Assembly (NCBI RefSeq): GCF_001194135.2
Contig: NC_068984.1
Location: 49,237,499 to 49,301,498, forward strand
Direction: 5' to 3'
DNA length: 64,000 nucleotides
Source of the DNA: Octopus bimaculoides
Taxonomy: Eukaryota
The notes under the pieces were generated by a model. It was not told where the DNA came from. It did no database searches and saw only the letters and a list, made by a program, of their open reading frames with translations. The translations under genes were made by a program, and so were the position numbers. Below are positions 13,899-27,639 of this stretch, piece after piece (the stretch's first letter is position 1; each line of letters starts with the position of its first letter).

Positions 13899-16800
13899 GT
13901 AGTAGTAGTAGTAGTATCATCATCATCACCATCATCATCACCATCATCATCATCGACATTATTATCATTATTACTCTTATATCGTTATCATACTTCTCAA
14001 TATTATTATCTAAGATGTAAAAAATATATGAGGATTTTCTTTTTTTTAAAACAATAATTTTGTACTTCTTAGACAAAATACATAAAAAGTGTTCAGAGTT
14101 CACGAAAAAGTTGAAAGTTAAAAAATGCTGTTCGGAAATGCTCTAACAATATTTGTACAGCAAAATGTTTTTATTCTCCGTAACATGCTTATGTCTCATT
14201 CTTATAGGTAATCTGTTACTGAAGAGACTTTTTATCAATCCAGTTGAACTAATTACAAATCATATAATAGAGACATTCGCCAACTGCTATAATATCTTTA
14301 TTTCAACAGTAGGTTAGTTTGCATAATGCTATAATCAGTTGATATTTCTGCGACGATAATTTGCTCTTTATTCTAATTGCTGCCATGGAAAATTATGTCT
14401 GGCTTATTGTTCTTTCTATAAGTTAAACTGTATTATGGATTCATAATATCTTCTCATAGGCATCTTCTCTAAGACAAAAAGAGAGTCGTATACATAACTC
14501 AGGGATTAATTTTTAAAGAACTGAAATAGGGTAATTTGATATATGGAAATCATCTTTGGTACGTTGTTTTGTTGGAGCAAATATATTTAATAATAGAAAT
14601 AAAAGAAAATGATGAACACAATAGATTTCCTCCTTGTGCAGTCTAGTATTGTTCGAGGAAGTATAAAACACAGGTGATATTTATCACGTACATTGTCGGA
14701 AGAGTGTATTTTCCCTTCAATATACCTAGTGTGAATGAATTATTCTCATCTTGAAAATATTGTTGATTTCATTGCTACTTTGAGGTGGGATTTATCTATC
14801 CACACCGTGTTTGCTTTTATTGAAACCCGGTCCATGTATGTATTGTTATGGCGTATCTTTATTGGTATTCACAACGGCTGAACTATATGGCATCACTACG
14901 TACAATTTCGTTCTACCTTAGATTAAAACGCCTATTATCAAGGGTGGAACTGCGAAAACAGAATCGTAAGAAATTAAGTCCGTAGCAGTACTTAGATGTA
15001 CATTTTTACATCCTGAGTTCAAATCGCGCTGGAGCTAACTTTGCTATTGCTTTTTCTTCGGTAGATATAACTAGACAAAACAAAGCCTTGTTCCTTTATC
15101 AGAAGTTAATATTATCGATATTGAAGAAAGCGTGTTGGGTGGCAAGTTTGACAGGGCATTAGTCACAATTTCTTGCATTATTTAGTGAAGTTCATTTATG
15201 TTCAGAGGCTAAATCTTACGGAGATCAATTTTGCTTTTCATGTCTCTTTGATCAATAAGTTAAATAACAAGATAAATAACAGCAATATATTGCAAATCGA
15301 TACAATCAATTGTATTCTTCCTTTATAAATGTGAAGCCTTGTGAAAATGTAAGAAATCATTAATTTTAGTAATGAAGTCAAGTTAAGTGCTGTGCTTAAT
15401 GTTATAATACAATGTCTATAATAAAAAAAAAAACCAGTGACTTTTTTAAACAAGAATGTCGTAGTTTATCAACTTATAAACTCAATTTAATATATTATAG
15501 TTACCTTAAGAAACCATGCTTACCCATTGTAATATCTTACGGTTATAATTTACATTCTATTAGATATTCTAATAATTATATTCATCATATATCACTGATC
15601 TGATTTAATCCTTAGCTATAATTTGTTGCTATCTCTCGACACTTCGTCATTGGTCATCATCAATATACATTTACGCTGTATCTATTAATTATTGTTATTA
15701 CGTAGCTATATTACGTTGAAGAGTCGTTAGGTGGCCAAGTAGAGTGAGTAAGTGAGTGAGTGAGTGAGTGAGTGAATGAGAGAATGAGTGAGTGAGTGAA
15801 GGGAGGGAGGGATGGAGTGAGTAAGAGGGTACGTGCATAACACAGAGTGTGAGAAAGGGTTATAAGGAATGGGGATAACATTTGATCATTAATCAATGAG
15901 ATAACCATACTCTTCTTATTTCTCTTATGTTTTGGTGCTAGAATCGATAAGAAAACAGTTGTAAAAGACTCATGATTTGGGCAAGGCAATTAAGCTTCCA
16001 CTATTTAGTTGTCTGAGAGCAAAGCATTGAAAGAATGTAGAAGATCACAATCGTAAATCGCCAATCTTAACTTTTTGATGGTAAATTTTCTTGAACATTA
16101 AGACCAATGATTGTAAGCAAGGGTGTAAAATACATTTGACTAAAACAAGTCCAAAATATCAATATGAATATCAAAGGGTTTCATAAGAAATCGTAAATCT
16201 GCTACTAAGGTCTAGTTTCATTAGCATTGAAAGTAAAAAGGGGGAATTTGAGAGGCAATGTAATGCATTTCCGGACCTAAAAATAACAGGAACCAACATT
16301 TTCAAATCATATCTTAGTCTTGAAAAAGGAAAGGTACATTATTGTTGATAAAGCTAGAATGCTTTTGATCAAAAATAAATTCATTTAAGGCATAACTTGT
16401 TGAGAAACATCACATCAACTACAGCACATGGAGAAACTTTTCGTCTCGACCATATCCATAAGTACGCAGTTATTTTACAAGGTGAGATTATTCTAGAGGA
16501 GGAACGCATAAACGGCTGCAAGTCGACATTTCCAAGAAAATATAGACAAGAAGGGAACTCCTTGTGAGGAAATAGTGTCCGTAGTGGTTAGTGTGATGTT
16601 TAGATAAATATAAGTAACGAGGGAGGAAGAATTAGTGAATCAGTAAGTCGGAATGCTAGGCTGACGACCAAATGTACACGACCAAATGTACACCGAAGAC
16701 TGTACACCTCTGTATGAGTGATAGAATGAAAGAGGGTAGAGATAGTAAGCCTGTGGGTCAGTGTTTTCAAAACCAACCCATGCTAATCAATAGGATTACC

Positions 16801-17818
16801 TAAGCAACGTCCCTGAATAATAAACTGGGAGTCCAATACCTTTTCGAGTCCACCGGGTCTTTTGATTATACATTGTATATTATATATTCCATAACATTGC
16901 AGATATTTACATTGCTAATCGAAGGTCATAAAATCTTAGTTTGATTTGAGTGTATCTGAGTGAAATACTCAAGTGGAATCTTTTCATCCTCCTACACTTC
17001 AGTTAATAATTAATATCATTTTAAGGCGGCAAGATGACAGAATCGCTAACACGCTGGGTAAAATGCTTAACGGCATTTCGTGTCTTTATGTTCTCAGTTC
17101 AAATTCCGCCGAGGTCGACTTTGCCCTTCATCATTTCGAAGTCGATAAAATAAGTACCAGCTGAGAACTGGAGTCGATGTAATAAACTTATGCTCTCCCC
17201 CGAAGCTGTTGGCCTTGTGCCAAAATTTGAAACCAATAATTAATATTATTTACAACTTGATTTATTCCTCATGATCTCATGTTTATGCATCTTCTTACCA
17301 CTGGGATTTAACATGTTAACTATGATTTTGTATCTCATTGAAAATAGCCATCGCTTTGCTTTCACTAAACATTCTTATTGTATATCAATATTTCATTTAA
17401 CAACTATTCAATGGTGACCAATTGTTAACACAAGTAATATATTTCCGTGGCCTTCTCAAAATCATATCGGCTATACCTTTATAAACTAAACAGTTATGCC
17501 ACTGTGTCCAAAATATTTTAGCCTCCACTTGAATTCAGTCTAATAAACAAATTCAGGTACAACTTTCAATTGAAGGGGATATCACACAACTGTCTAAATA
17601 TTCGATATTCAGCTGCTCTTTTGTTGCCGTATCACTACTTCGTTCATCAAAAAGCAGCTGCCACTTATGCAGTGTGAGAGAAATATATCAGCAACATACT
17701 TATATACATACACGCGCACACACACACGGGCGCACGCAAACACACGGACACAAACAAGTACACACACACGTCTGTCTGTGTATGTATATATGTATGTATG
17801 CATGCATGTATGTCTATA

Positions 17819-17872
<54 letters not shown>

Positions 17873-19419
17873 CAGAAAAAATCATTGATAATTTAAGCTT
17901 TATAAATGGGTAAACCTGTGGGTCCTTAGTGTTAATGCTAAAAATACATTGAATCGTATTTTTTGCTATAGCAGTGAGGACGTAAGCAGGTGGACCATGG
18001 AAATACGCATATATATAACGATTAAAAATGCCAATTACGTTTTTAAGTCCTTCTTAGAATTGTACAACGAACTCAGCATGCAATCCTGTTCAGCAAATTT
18101 GATGGTTGGTTTTACAACACATGGAATATTGTTGATTACCAAACCCACATTATCTATTAATGTGTCGCATCTTGAAACAAAATTCAACATTGGTGTCTGT
18201 GTGTGTGTGTACGTATGTACGAATGTATGTATGTACGTACGCATGTATGGATGGATGCTTGTATGTATATTATTGTTCACCTTTATTTCAAGATTTCTTG
18301 CCAATAGAGAAAGAGCCTGTTTCTAATCTAGATTCAAGACTCCTTCATTGAAATTTCAACATCGACAACAGAGTATCATTGTTTGTATATGTGTATGTGG
18401 TAAGAATTTTTGCCATACCATACTTCAAAACTACCTCAATCTTTTAATTCCTGAGTCTATTGATAAACATACCTAGCCCTTCTTTTGGTTAAAATTTACG
18501 TATACTGCTATCTATCACCCTTAATTCTTCTCTGTTCTTGGTCCAAACAGTGTGCTGAGGCATTGAGAAAGATATGTTGGTATTAATTTCCAGATCTCTA
18601 TAACACGTTAAACGATCAGTTAAAAATCGATTAATACGAAATACTAACCTCCTCAAGCATGACATTAATAAATAAACTTATATTGTAAAAGAGATAAAAT
18701 ATGGAACGAAATTGAAGATAACTGGAATTTTTAACATATTGAAACAAGTTCAGATTTTTGCACCTTAAACTTTAGGTATGGATCGACAGGGAAGGCATAC
18801 TTCAATTTTTTAATGTGAAAAAATACTATTACGAAAATTGACATAGTCATCTATCAGAATAGAAATAAGGACATTTATAAAGGTTAGAACCGTTCAGAAG
18901 GTGTGCCAGCATATATAGAATATAACATGAACTCTACTGATTGATAAAATTTCTGAAACGTGTACGTGTGCTGCAAAAACAAGATAATTCATATAAACTG
19001 AATGTAAATATTTAGTTTATGCTTAATGGAAAATGTGAAAGGATCTTTTTCATAAATATAATAGAAAATACAGACAATCTTTTCGTTAAGGATTTCACTG
19101 TTCCCGAAAATCTCGCAGTAACGCGAAACATCGTCCGTTGATTTTCATGATATAAATGGGGATATTTCTCCAATATATTTGCTTTAAGAAAATACACCTT
19201 ATATAAACACCTTTACAAAATATCACTTTAAGCATAAAAATCATTTTTTTCCAACACACAGTATCCTAAGTAGAACTAAAAACATTTGAAGAAAGAAAAT
19301 AATTAAAGCAATAAGAATGGAATATTAATGTTGTCGAATGCGGACTCACCAGAAAAGATATTGAGAGCTAGGTTCTGAGATTTAGTGCATATTGGAAGCA
19401 AAAACGCACTATTTTCTGT

Positions 19420-20700
19420 CTCATAACACATCAGCATCATCATTCTCTTCAGAGATTGCAAAGTAATCCAAAATTCAATGATGTTTATTGCGTCTCATCT
19501 CTGCATTGTTTTAGAGTAGGAACTGAGCTCATTATGCACTCATCTTGTAATGTTTAAACTAGGTTTACGATTACGATTGCTGTTAGCAAAGATATACGGA
19601 CCTTCTTCTATAAGTCCCGAATCTTTAGCCATAATTCGTATTTTGCTGAAATGAAATGTGTATAGCATCTAAATTCTCTTCTTGTTCTGATCTGCAGCTC
19701 CTCATAATACAAACTCTTTTATGGGAATCTATCAAGTAAGCTATTTCATCTACAATTTCGAACCCTAGATCATTTGCCAATTATAACATCATGCTCGACA
19801 TCTAATGATGGAAAAGTTGGCAAGTTGCCACTACAGTCCAGCCTTTGTTTTTTCTTTTTATCAAACACTATCGTAGTTTCACATCACCCCTCGATTCGGT
19901 TTCCTTATCCACAGCATTCGTAATGCTAATCTTTTATTCCAGTAGTCGCTAAATGTAAGATCATCTCCATCGCATATTTCTATGAGCTGTTTCAAAGGGT
20001 TTCTCAGATTATCCGAAGTGGAATTAGTTCTCACAGCTTGATCAATTGTCTAGAAAAAAGCAAGCTGTGTCCTTAGGGATTTATTCCACTCGCATTATCA
20101 GTAAAATCACTTAATGTCACTGGGTAGCTAGGTGTATTGTCAAAAACGAAAAATACTTTCGACAGCATGGCAAAATTATTTGGAATTGAGTCTTAGAAAT
20201 GGCTTTAAAAAATTTATTATGCATGGATAAATAAATGGAACAGAATAATCGCAGGTAGAATTAGAATTATAAGTACAACTTTTAAAGATATATTCTTAAT
20301 TAATTCGTTACCCTACTTGCATCATAAATCCAATAAAGCATTAAGCTATATCCATAAACAATCTATCCAACCCAGCCTAGTTAAAAAACGTTTCTGTTCA
20401 TCTTTAAAATTTCTCGTCCTAGAAACAAATATGTACGGATTCTTCCATGTGTTACAAAGACGTTCTTTCCAGATGTCATTTCAATAAGAAAACTAAATAC
20501 AACGGGGAAACAATCCGAACGGTTAACTATAGAATTAGAAGAAAGAAAAGTTACTTTAAAAATCCGTTTAATGTAACTGGCACTATGCCTAGAGCCGAGC
20601 CTTTATTTGATTACCCACCACATCTGCATAAAAACCTTAAGTTCATTACAAAAACAATATTCAAATTTTTTACGTCACTGCTCTAAATTTTGTCTAATTC
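19420..20700 (-). mobile_element. Decayed pogo/Tigger-like DNA transposon
   Basis: Manual translation: ANDLGFEIVDEIAYLIDSHKKSLYYEELQ (Tigger C-terminal signature), LTFSDYWNK, weak WKNPYIFVSRTRNFKD-like DDE_1 start; many stops. Confidence 0.55.
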
Positions 20701-22754
20701 TTGCATAGAAACTTTTGAAATTGAATTAACCAAACACCAATCTAAGCTCTAGTAATTGTATTTGCATCAGTTATAATATTTATCCAGTAGCTTCTAATTT
20801 TCTCGCTAAGAATAGTTTGCCAAAGCACTGTACATAACGAAATCTTCTCTGAGGCATACATTAACTCCACTTTATTATTTTTTAACTTCATTACAATCAA
20901 CATACCTACACGAAAGTAACTTCCTTATCTAGCTACATTTGGATTACGAAAGCTAAGGAAATACACACATCATTTAACTTTCAATTTCTATACTAGCATG
21001 GGTCGGACTATATTCATATATTCTTAGACATATAAATGTATGTATTATACTTCTATATAATATTTTTGTATAATATAATATAATATAATATAATATAATC
21101 CTTTCTCCTATAGACATAAGGCCTGAAACTTTAGGTGAGGGGACTAGTCGATTACATTGACCCCAGTGCGTAACTGGTACTAATTTCATCGACCCCGAAA
21201 GGATGAAAGGTAAAGTCGACCTCAACGGAATTTGAACTGAAAACGTAAGGACGGACGAAATGCCACTAACCATTTTGCCCGGCGCACTAACGATTCTACC
21301 AGCACCCCGCCTTGTATAATATATAATATAAAATGCAGATATATATGTACACACACGCATACATATAGTATATTATTATTTATTATAATAGGTATCACTA
21401 TAAATTTTTGAAATTATTTTAATGTAATTTCTATTGTACTTCCTTTCTGAGGGCATCGAAAGAGAAAAATTTTGATACCTCATTTGTAAAATGTGGATGA
21501 ATACTTTAGGAAATATGTCGATTTGAATGGTTAGCGAATTGGTGAAAATCTTGCCTAATTGGCCTAAATGAATAATTAGCGTTATTTGTGATGTCATTTC
21601 TTTGAAACAGAGGTGAAAATTAATAGTTACCAATTGTACAGCAGTTGACTTTTTCTCAACTTCTTAGAAAAGAAACTTTGGGTTGGGAAGTAATTTTTTT
21701 AATATTTATGTAAAGCCTGTTTAGTCAGATAAAAAACAGTAACTTTTGCGGTGTTTTCAAACCTAGGAAAATCCAAGAGTATAAACCACAGGGACTTGCA
21801 TTTTGCCACATTTGCAGTAGGTATAAAAATATTTGAGATTTTGGGACACAGCACCATCTCAATAATATTTTCATGGGCAATTAAAAATGGCTATAATTGA
21901 AATTAAGATCCATAAGATTTTGACCTTTTAACCTAATTTGAAAATTATTTTTGTTCTGTTTATAATTATACCATATGTCACATATATATACGTATACGTA
22001 CTAATACATCTATGTACATATGTATATATTAATATAACAATATATACGGGCTCATAGAGAAGTTTTCGATATAAATATATACCCAGCTCACAATGCTAGA
22101 AAGTAAACATTTATAGTGAATCTGCCAGCTGGTTTATAAACGTAAATTTATTGAATAAAGTATAATAATTAGAAGGACATATCTAAACAGGAGTACATAG
22201 AGATTCCGAGGTGCAGAATTCCAAAACCATGTGGTCATCGGAAGGTAATGATTTCAATGATATGCAAAAAAAAAAAAAAATTGTTCAGGCATTAAAAATG
22301 GGTATAATAGACAGGAATGTTATACATCAATGGGTAAAATGTATTTTCACAAATATCAGAATCTTTGAGTATTGTCTAAGACATTATCTATAACTAAGGT
22401 GAGACCAAATAAGGGCTAACCCATTTAAGGGATTATTCATTTGTATTGGTCTAAGTTGTGAAGTTCACTAGTGTAGGTTCAATAATTAAGTGTAAAATTT
22501 TGTACAGTTAGCATATAGGAAGGATTTATATTTTAGTTGCTAGCATCAATGGATAATAAGTATTTTTACAAATAGCAGAATGACTGAATATGGTCTAATA
22601 TGTGATCTATCACTAAGGTGAGAACAAATTATGGTTAACAAGGCAGTTACTGATACACTTGTATTGATCTAGGTAGTAAAATGCCTGCATGTGGTCCACA
22701 CATTATCTATTTCTAAAGTAAGACCAAATTATGGTTAACAAAGGCAGAGAATTA

Positions 22755-24400
22755 CACTGGCCAACAAATTTTCTGTTGCATCGATACCAACAATTGGTAT
22801 TACATAACTTGAGTATGCTGAATTCAAATATGAAGTTAGTTTTTCTCTGTAAGCTCTAGATCATTTGCAATTAAGGTTTTTTATATTTTCCAAATTTCTA
22901 ATATTTCCCGAGATATGATGGAATCCATCTTATAATTCTCTTGTTATACTCTCAGCAAACTACGTGGAAAGACAAAATATCTATGCATTGAGATTCCAAC
23001 TTTATTCATATATATTGCACCACAATAAGAATTATATATTCATATATGTTGCACCAAAATAAGAATTAGACTATAAAAATAATATTTCTAAATCCGATGA
23101 TGAGTAAAATTAATGTTATCATGTGCCAGGTTTTTTGCCATCTACCTTTCAGTTGAAAATATATTATATACAAATGATAGGTGTACGTAGTTGAGAAACT
23201 GGTTAGTATGGATGACAAAAAAACTAAAGAACTTATTCAGGCAAGAATTTGCACTTGGAGGTATTGTGTTTGTTGACGTTCGCAGGAAAATATCGCTTAA
23301 TGCTCCAGCAGCAGTCTGCCATCATGCTTTTTTCTCATCGCCCTTGATAACGCTCTTCCATGGTCCTGAAGTTTTGCTGGAATGCCTCTACTTGTTGATC
23401 ACATCACCGAGGTTTTTCAAGTAATTTATCGAGATGACTATACAGCAAATGGAATTGAACGCTCATATTTCACCCTAGATCATGGAAAGCTGACAGCATA
23501 TTATTTACAAGGATTTCATAGTCATCTGCATTTTTTGCTTTCAAAATTTTTCTATGACTGCAACGAATGACAGCCATGCTGCTCTTTCCTTGTTATCAAT
23601 CTTTCCGACATCCTCATCACGGATTTGAAGTCTGTCAAACACACCAACTCTGATCTTCTCGAATGACAACCAGAAAATGCAGAGACTATATGTTAAAAAC
23701 ATTCCCCATAAGTATTCAATACCTTTGTAAATTGCTTCATCAAGCCCAGTTTTATATGGAGTGGCTAACAATTGGATCGTTCGCAATATTTGGCATGCCT
23801 GCTTGCAGAGTTTCATGAATGGGCCATTTCTTCTGAATCCAGTGTTCCCCTCGAGCTCGGTTCTCCAAAGTGCAGATATAGCAAGGATATTTTGTGAAAC
23901 TTTTCTGTTGACCGAGGATGAAATTGACCATTTTTAAATCTACACAAACGGGTCTGTTGTGCTCATGATAATTTAGTTGATCAATAACCATCTTTATGTC
24001 ACTGTAATCTTCTTGCAAACGCACTGAGTGACTAGCTGAGACAACTCCACAAACATTGCCATTATGCAGGAGAACACGTTTTAGGCTACGCTTAGAACTA
24101 CGTGGATATAATCGCCAGTCAGTGCATTCCTAATTTCTGGAGAAGACCGGGAATATCGTGGCAGTAAACAAAATGTTTCACTTCTGAAAGAAATGACACA
24201 AAAATCTGGTCTCGTTTTCAAATGTAAGAAATGTTTGCAGTTTGGTCATGTCGATATTTTTTCTTGCAGCCCGGACGGCAGAACTTCAGCTGCAGTCTTT
24301 TAGAGTCCCAAATCATGCATTAAATCATTCAGTTCTGGCCAAACTATTAAGGAATTGGTCTTTCGCTACTATAAGAGTGTCTTGGAATTCTTAAGTAAAG
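22755..24400 (-). mobile_element. Chapaev3-like (CMC superfamily) DNA transposon remnant
   Basis: QEDYSDIKMVIDQLNYHEHNRPVCVDLKMVNFILGQQKSFTKYPCYIC...WIQKKWP and FEKIRVGVFDRLQIR...ERAAWLSFVAVIEKF; terminus CACTGGCCAACAAA at 22755. Family name from recalled motifs. Confidence 0.7.
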
Positions 24401-24464
24401 TTTGAATGAGGAAGAGGACGCACCAATATAATCATGTTTTTTTACCAAGAGCAGTGGTAGAGCA

Positions 24465-24890
24465 ATTTTTTTATTCTTTTATTTGTTTCAGTCAATTGAC
24501 TGCGGCCATGCTGGAGTACCGACTTTAGTCGAACAAATCGACCCCAGTACTTATTCGATCGGTCTCTTTTGCCGAACTGCTAAATTACGGGGACGTAAGC
24601 ACACCAACATCGGTTGTCAAGCGATAGTGCGGAGACAAACACCGACATACAAACAGACACACACACATATGTATATATATATATATATATATNNNNNNNN
24701 NNTGTGTGTGTGTGTGTGTGTATACGACGGGCGTCTTTCAATTTCCGTCTACCAAATTCACCCACAAGGCTTTGGTCAGCCCGAGGTTATAGTAAAAGAC
24801 ACTTGCCCAAGGTGCCATGCAGTGGGACTGAACCCGGAAACATATAGTTGGTAAGCAAATTACTTACCACACATCCACTCCTACGCAATA
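24465..24890 (-). mobile_element. CORE-type tRNA-derived SINE (family C) with internal microsatellite
   Basis: Minus strand GCGTAGGAGTGGATGTGTGGTAAG...CCGGGTTCAGTCCC head, CORE-like GGCACCTTGGGCAAGTGTCTT, 3' CAGCATGGCCGCAGTCAATTGACTGAAAC. Second copy 36160-36510(-), fragment 33420-33480. Confidence 0.8.
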
Positions 24891-24959
24891 TTTTTATTTG
24901 AATCGACTTTTGCTATTAATATCATGAAGCGATAATATCGACAGAGTAAGTTAATGTGA

Positions 24960-26220
24960 AAATTATGTTGGATAATTTACAACTTGCTTCTCCTTTCTGA
25001 CTGCAATAGTGTCTCTACTATTTTATGCCATAATTTCACCTGACAAGAGATTCAAATCGCTAGCACTGTATTGGAGCGTGTCTTGGTTTTTTGGTGTTAG
25101 GATTATTTTCCAGTAAACAAATAAATTCAATGTAATCGCTGTTGTTTTTCATGTTTAGCAAATTTTCATGTATGATCTCTATGATATCAAAATGCCTTGT
25201 ATTTGAATTATACTGAGCGTAAAATATGATCATTACCTATAATTTCATTTCCTATTTGCAACAACCATATGTTAAATGCTGCATCACTGTTGGTGGAAAG
25301 TCTGAGAGGTTTCACATTGCTTTACAACTTGATTGCTTGATGCAATTTTCAATTATAATTTTGGCATTATATGCTATTTGACAAAAACCTTCAACCAGTT
25401 TTCCTTGTTATCTGAGGTAAAACATCTATTAGAAGAAATACGTTCACAAAGAGCATTGACGCTTCATGTCTTAATACTGTTAGGGATTCTTTTTCATTTA
25501 CTAAGCAAGATTTCTGTATTCACTAATCATCATTTGAGAAAATTCCTACAGGTAATAATGAGGCTATAAGATCAGTAGAAGGAAACACAACCAATGCTAC
25601 TATCCTCCGATGCTACTATCCTCTCACATGTCCGTAACAATGATGGTTGTCTCATAGGACAGCAGATTCTTACTAAATACGTTGCAATATACTACAAATA
25701 GGAAGTACAGATACCTCCAGAGCTACTGAGAGAATAGAACCTGTGTTCTGCATCTCCGTCATATAAAGTTTCTATGATGCTGTCAAATGCTTGATATTGC
25801 CGCTCGTTTAAAGATTGCATCGTAACGTCATCATCAACGGCATTTTTCACACGAACTTCCTTGATGTCATCGTTAAAATTTGGTGCATATTCAATAAATC
25901 ATAAGTCATGGCATGTATGATGAGCGTTTGCAGAATATCATGAAATAATCTGTTATGATCGGCTTCATGTACTCTGTCCTTTGTAATGAAACCTTGTATA
26001 AAGTGCTGCTGAAGCTGTAAGAATAGCGACACAAGATCACCTAGTCTATCAGGGCACATATAATAGCAAACAATACTTCCAACAGGTAAGGCATGATGAT
26101 TTCTACTGCTACTAATATACATCACACCCATTCATTATCATTATTTAGCAAATTTCAGCCTGCAGATGTTGCTTCTGACTGTAGTAAATAACACCCTAAA
26201 AGTGCAGATGATTCGAAATA
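24960..26220 (-). mobile_element. Decayed Helitron RepHel (Rep C-terminus to PIF1-type helicase)
   Basis: Motifs in correct order: LLNNDNEWV*CILVAVEIIMPYLLEVLFAII, SLNERQYQAFDSI...FYSLSSSGG, IASLLPVG, HEASM, EGFCQI, FNIWLLQIGN, IILTPKNQD. Confidence 0.7.
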
Positions 26221-26299
26221 TTGTGGCTTCTTGACATAATAACAAGAAACTCTAGTTTTGGTGGGTTTTAAGGTACTTATTGCATCCTAGTGATAATTC

Positions 26300-26760
26300 T
26301 ACCCACTCTCCATATCAACTTGTTTGTGTTATTAATATTGTAACGATAAAGAAATTTAAAGAGATACTGTTTGGCTGTCTTTTCAGTTTCATTTAGTCTG
26401 AGCTATGCTTTCAGCCAAGTACATCTGTCTTAAACATTGTGAAAAACCTCTCGTTCTGTGACTTCTTGTAAATTATCTGCCCGCTAATATACAATATGTT
26501 CTGAACGATTAACCACATTATAGCAATTTTCAGTTATGACTTTATTATGTTTTTTGGTACAATATTGTGTTTGACAAAAATCTCCACACATATTATCCAT
26601 AAAATATAAGTATTGCAGTTCAAAGAGAGCATTGACGCTTCGTGTGCTTTACCAGAAAAGGGATTTTTTAATTCATTGAGCATCAATTGAGGAAATTTTC
26701 ACAAATCATTATGATGTTTTAGGATGAGAATATTGAAAGAGTATCAATATACGATCTATC
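26300..26760 (-). mobile_element. Second, diverged Helitron helicase fragment (motif II-III region)
   Basis: GAGCATTGACGCTTC shared with the 25451 region; KAHEASML and GGDFCQ motifs. Confidence 0.55.
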
Positions 26761-27020
26761 ATGTACTTTGCATTCTCAAAACCGTCACACTACTTCCGGA
26801 ATACTAACATAATGACCACTACTTTCGGATTGCATAATGTTTTTGTAAATGAAAAAAATGATAAACCTTACATTCTTTTTTATTTGCATCTATGCAATCA
26901 TAGCATATATATATATATATGTTGTTGTCATTATCATTATTAGGTAATAAATCATATGGTATATACCTGGTAACTTACCTGTAAAGCACGTTCACTTTCA
27001 CAGTGTTTGTTGGGTATTTG

Positions 27021-27294
27021 ATTAATGAGAGACGGAAGATGCAAGATATGAGAATGTTTATTAATCCCTACAATTGTTTCAGCCCATCTAGCATCGACCT
27101 CTAGCGGGTAGTAGTATCCTTAACAACTAATTTAGGACTATATGTCGGTATAGATGTGTCTCATCGGGTGATTACAAAATGTTGAAATAACGTTTGTTCC
27201 GTAAGGTATCTTCTTGCTTTCGTGAGGGTTCGATGCTAGGCGGGTCGAAACAATTGTAGTGATTAATATGCATTCTCACTTTGCATCTCTTTCA

Positions 27295-27300
<6 letters not shown>
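27021..27300. repeat. Inverted pair of ~80-bp PLE-type terminal repeats
   Basis: GAGAATGTTTATTAATCCCTACAATTGTTTCAGCCCATCTAGCATCGAC vs reverse complement of the right arm GAGAATGCATATTAATCACTACAATTGTTTCGACCCGCCTAGCATCGAA; ~110-bp spacer. Confidence 0.75.
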
Positions 27301-27330
<30 letters not shown>

Positions 27331-27435
27331 AATTTAAACAAGAACAAACATGAAAAAAAGGCGAAAAAACAACGCGTGGACGTGGAAAAAGTACAGTGTT
27401 ATTGGAAGCTCAGGAAAGGAAATAAAAGAAAGAGG

Positions 27436-27478
27436 ATTTAACGTTTCGATTGTTCGATCGAAGATCTTCGTCAGAAAT
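27436..27478 (-). ncRNA. Minimal type I hammerhead ribozyme in a PLE-type repeat (~27330-27520)
   Basis: AUUU-CUGACGAA-GAUCUUCGAUCGAACAAUC-GAAAC-GUU-AAAU: intact core, helix II, palindromic AACGUU helix III, 4-bp helix I. Confidence 0.65.
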
Positions 27479-27639
27479 ATAGGAAAAGTCCAAAGAAGGG
27501 AAGACGGAGAAAGAAAATGTAAGTATGTGTGTGTGCGTGTGGGTATGTGTGTGTGCGCGCGTGAGTTGCCTGTGGGGTAATTATACTTTACTTAGTATGT
27601 GTGTGCGTGTGTGTGCTTCACGACTTTTCAATAGCTAAC

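Noticed and set aside
19012-19197. Possible hAT dimerisation-domain remnant
   Set aside because: YP...RFS resemblance only; no other transposase motifs or termini found.
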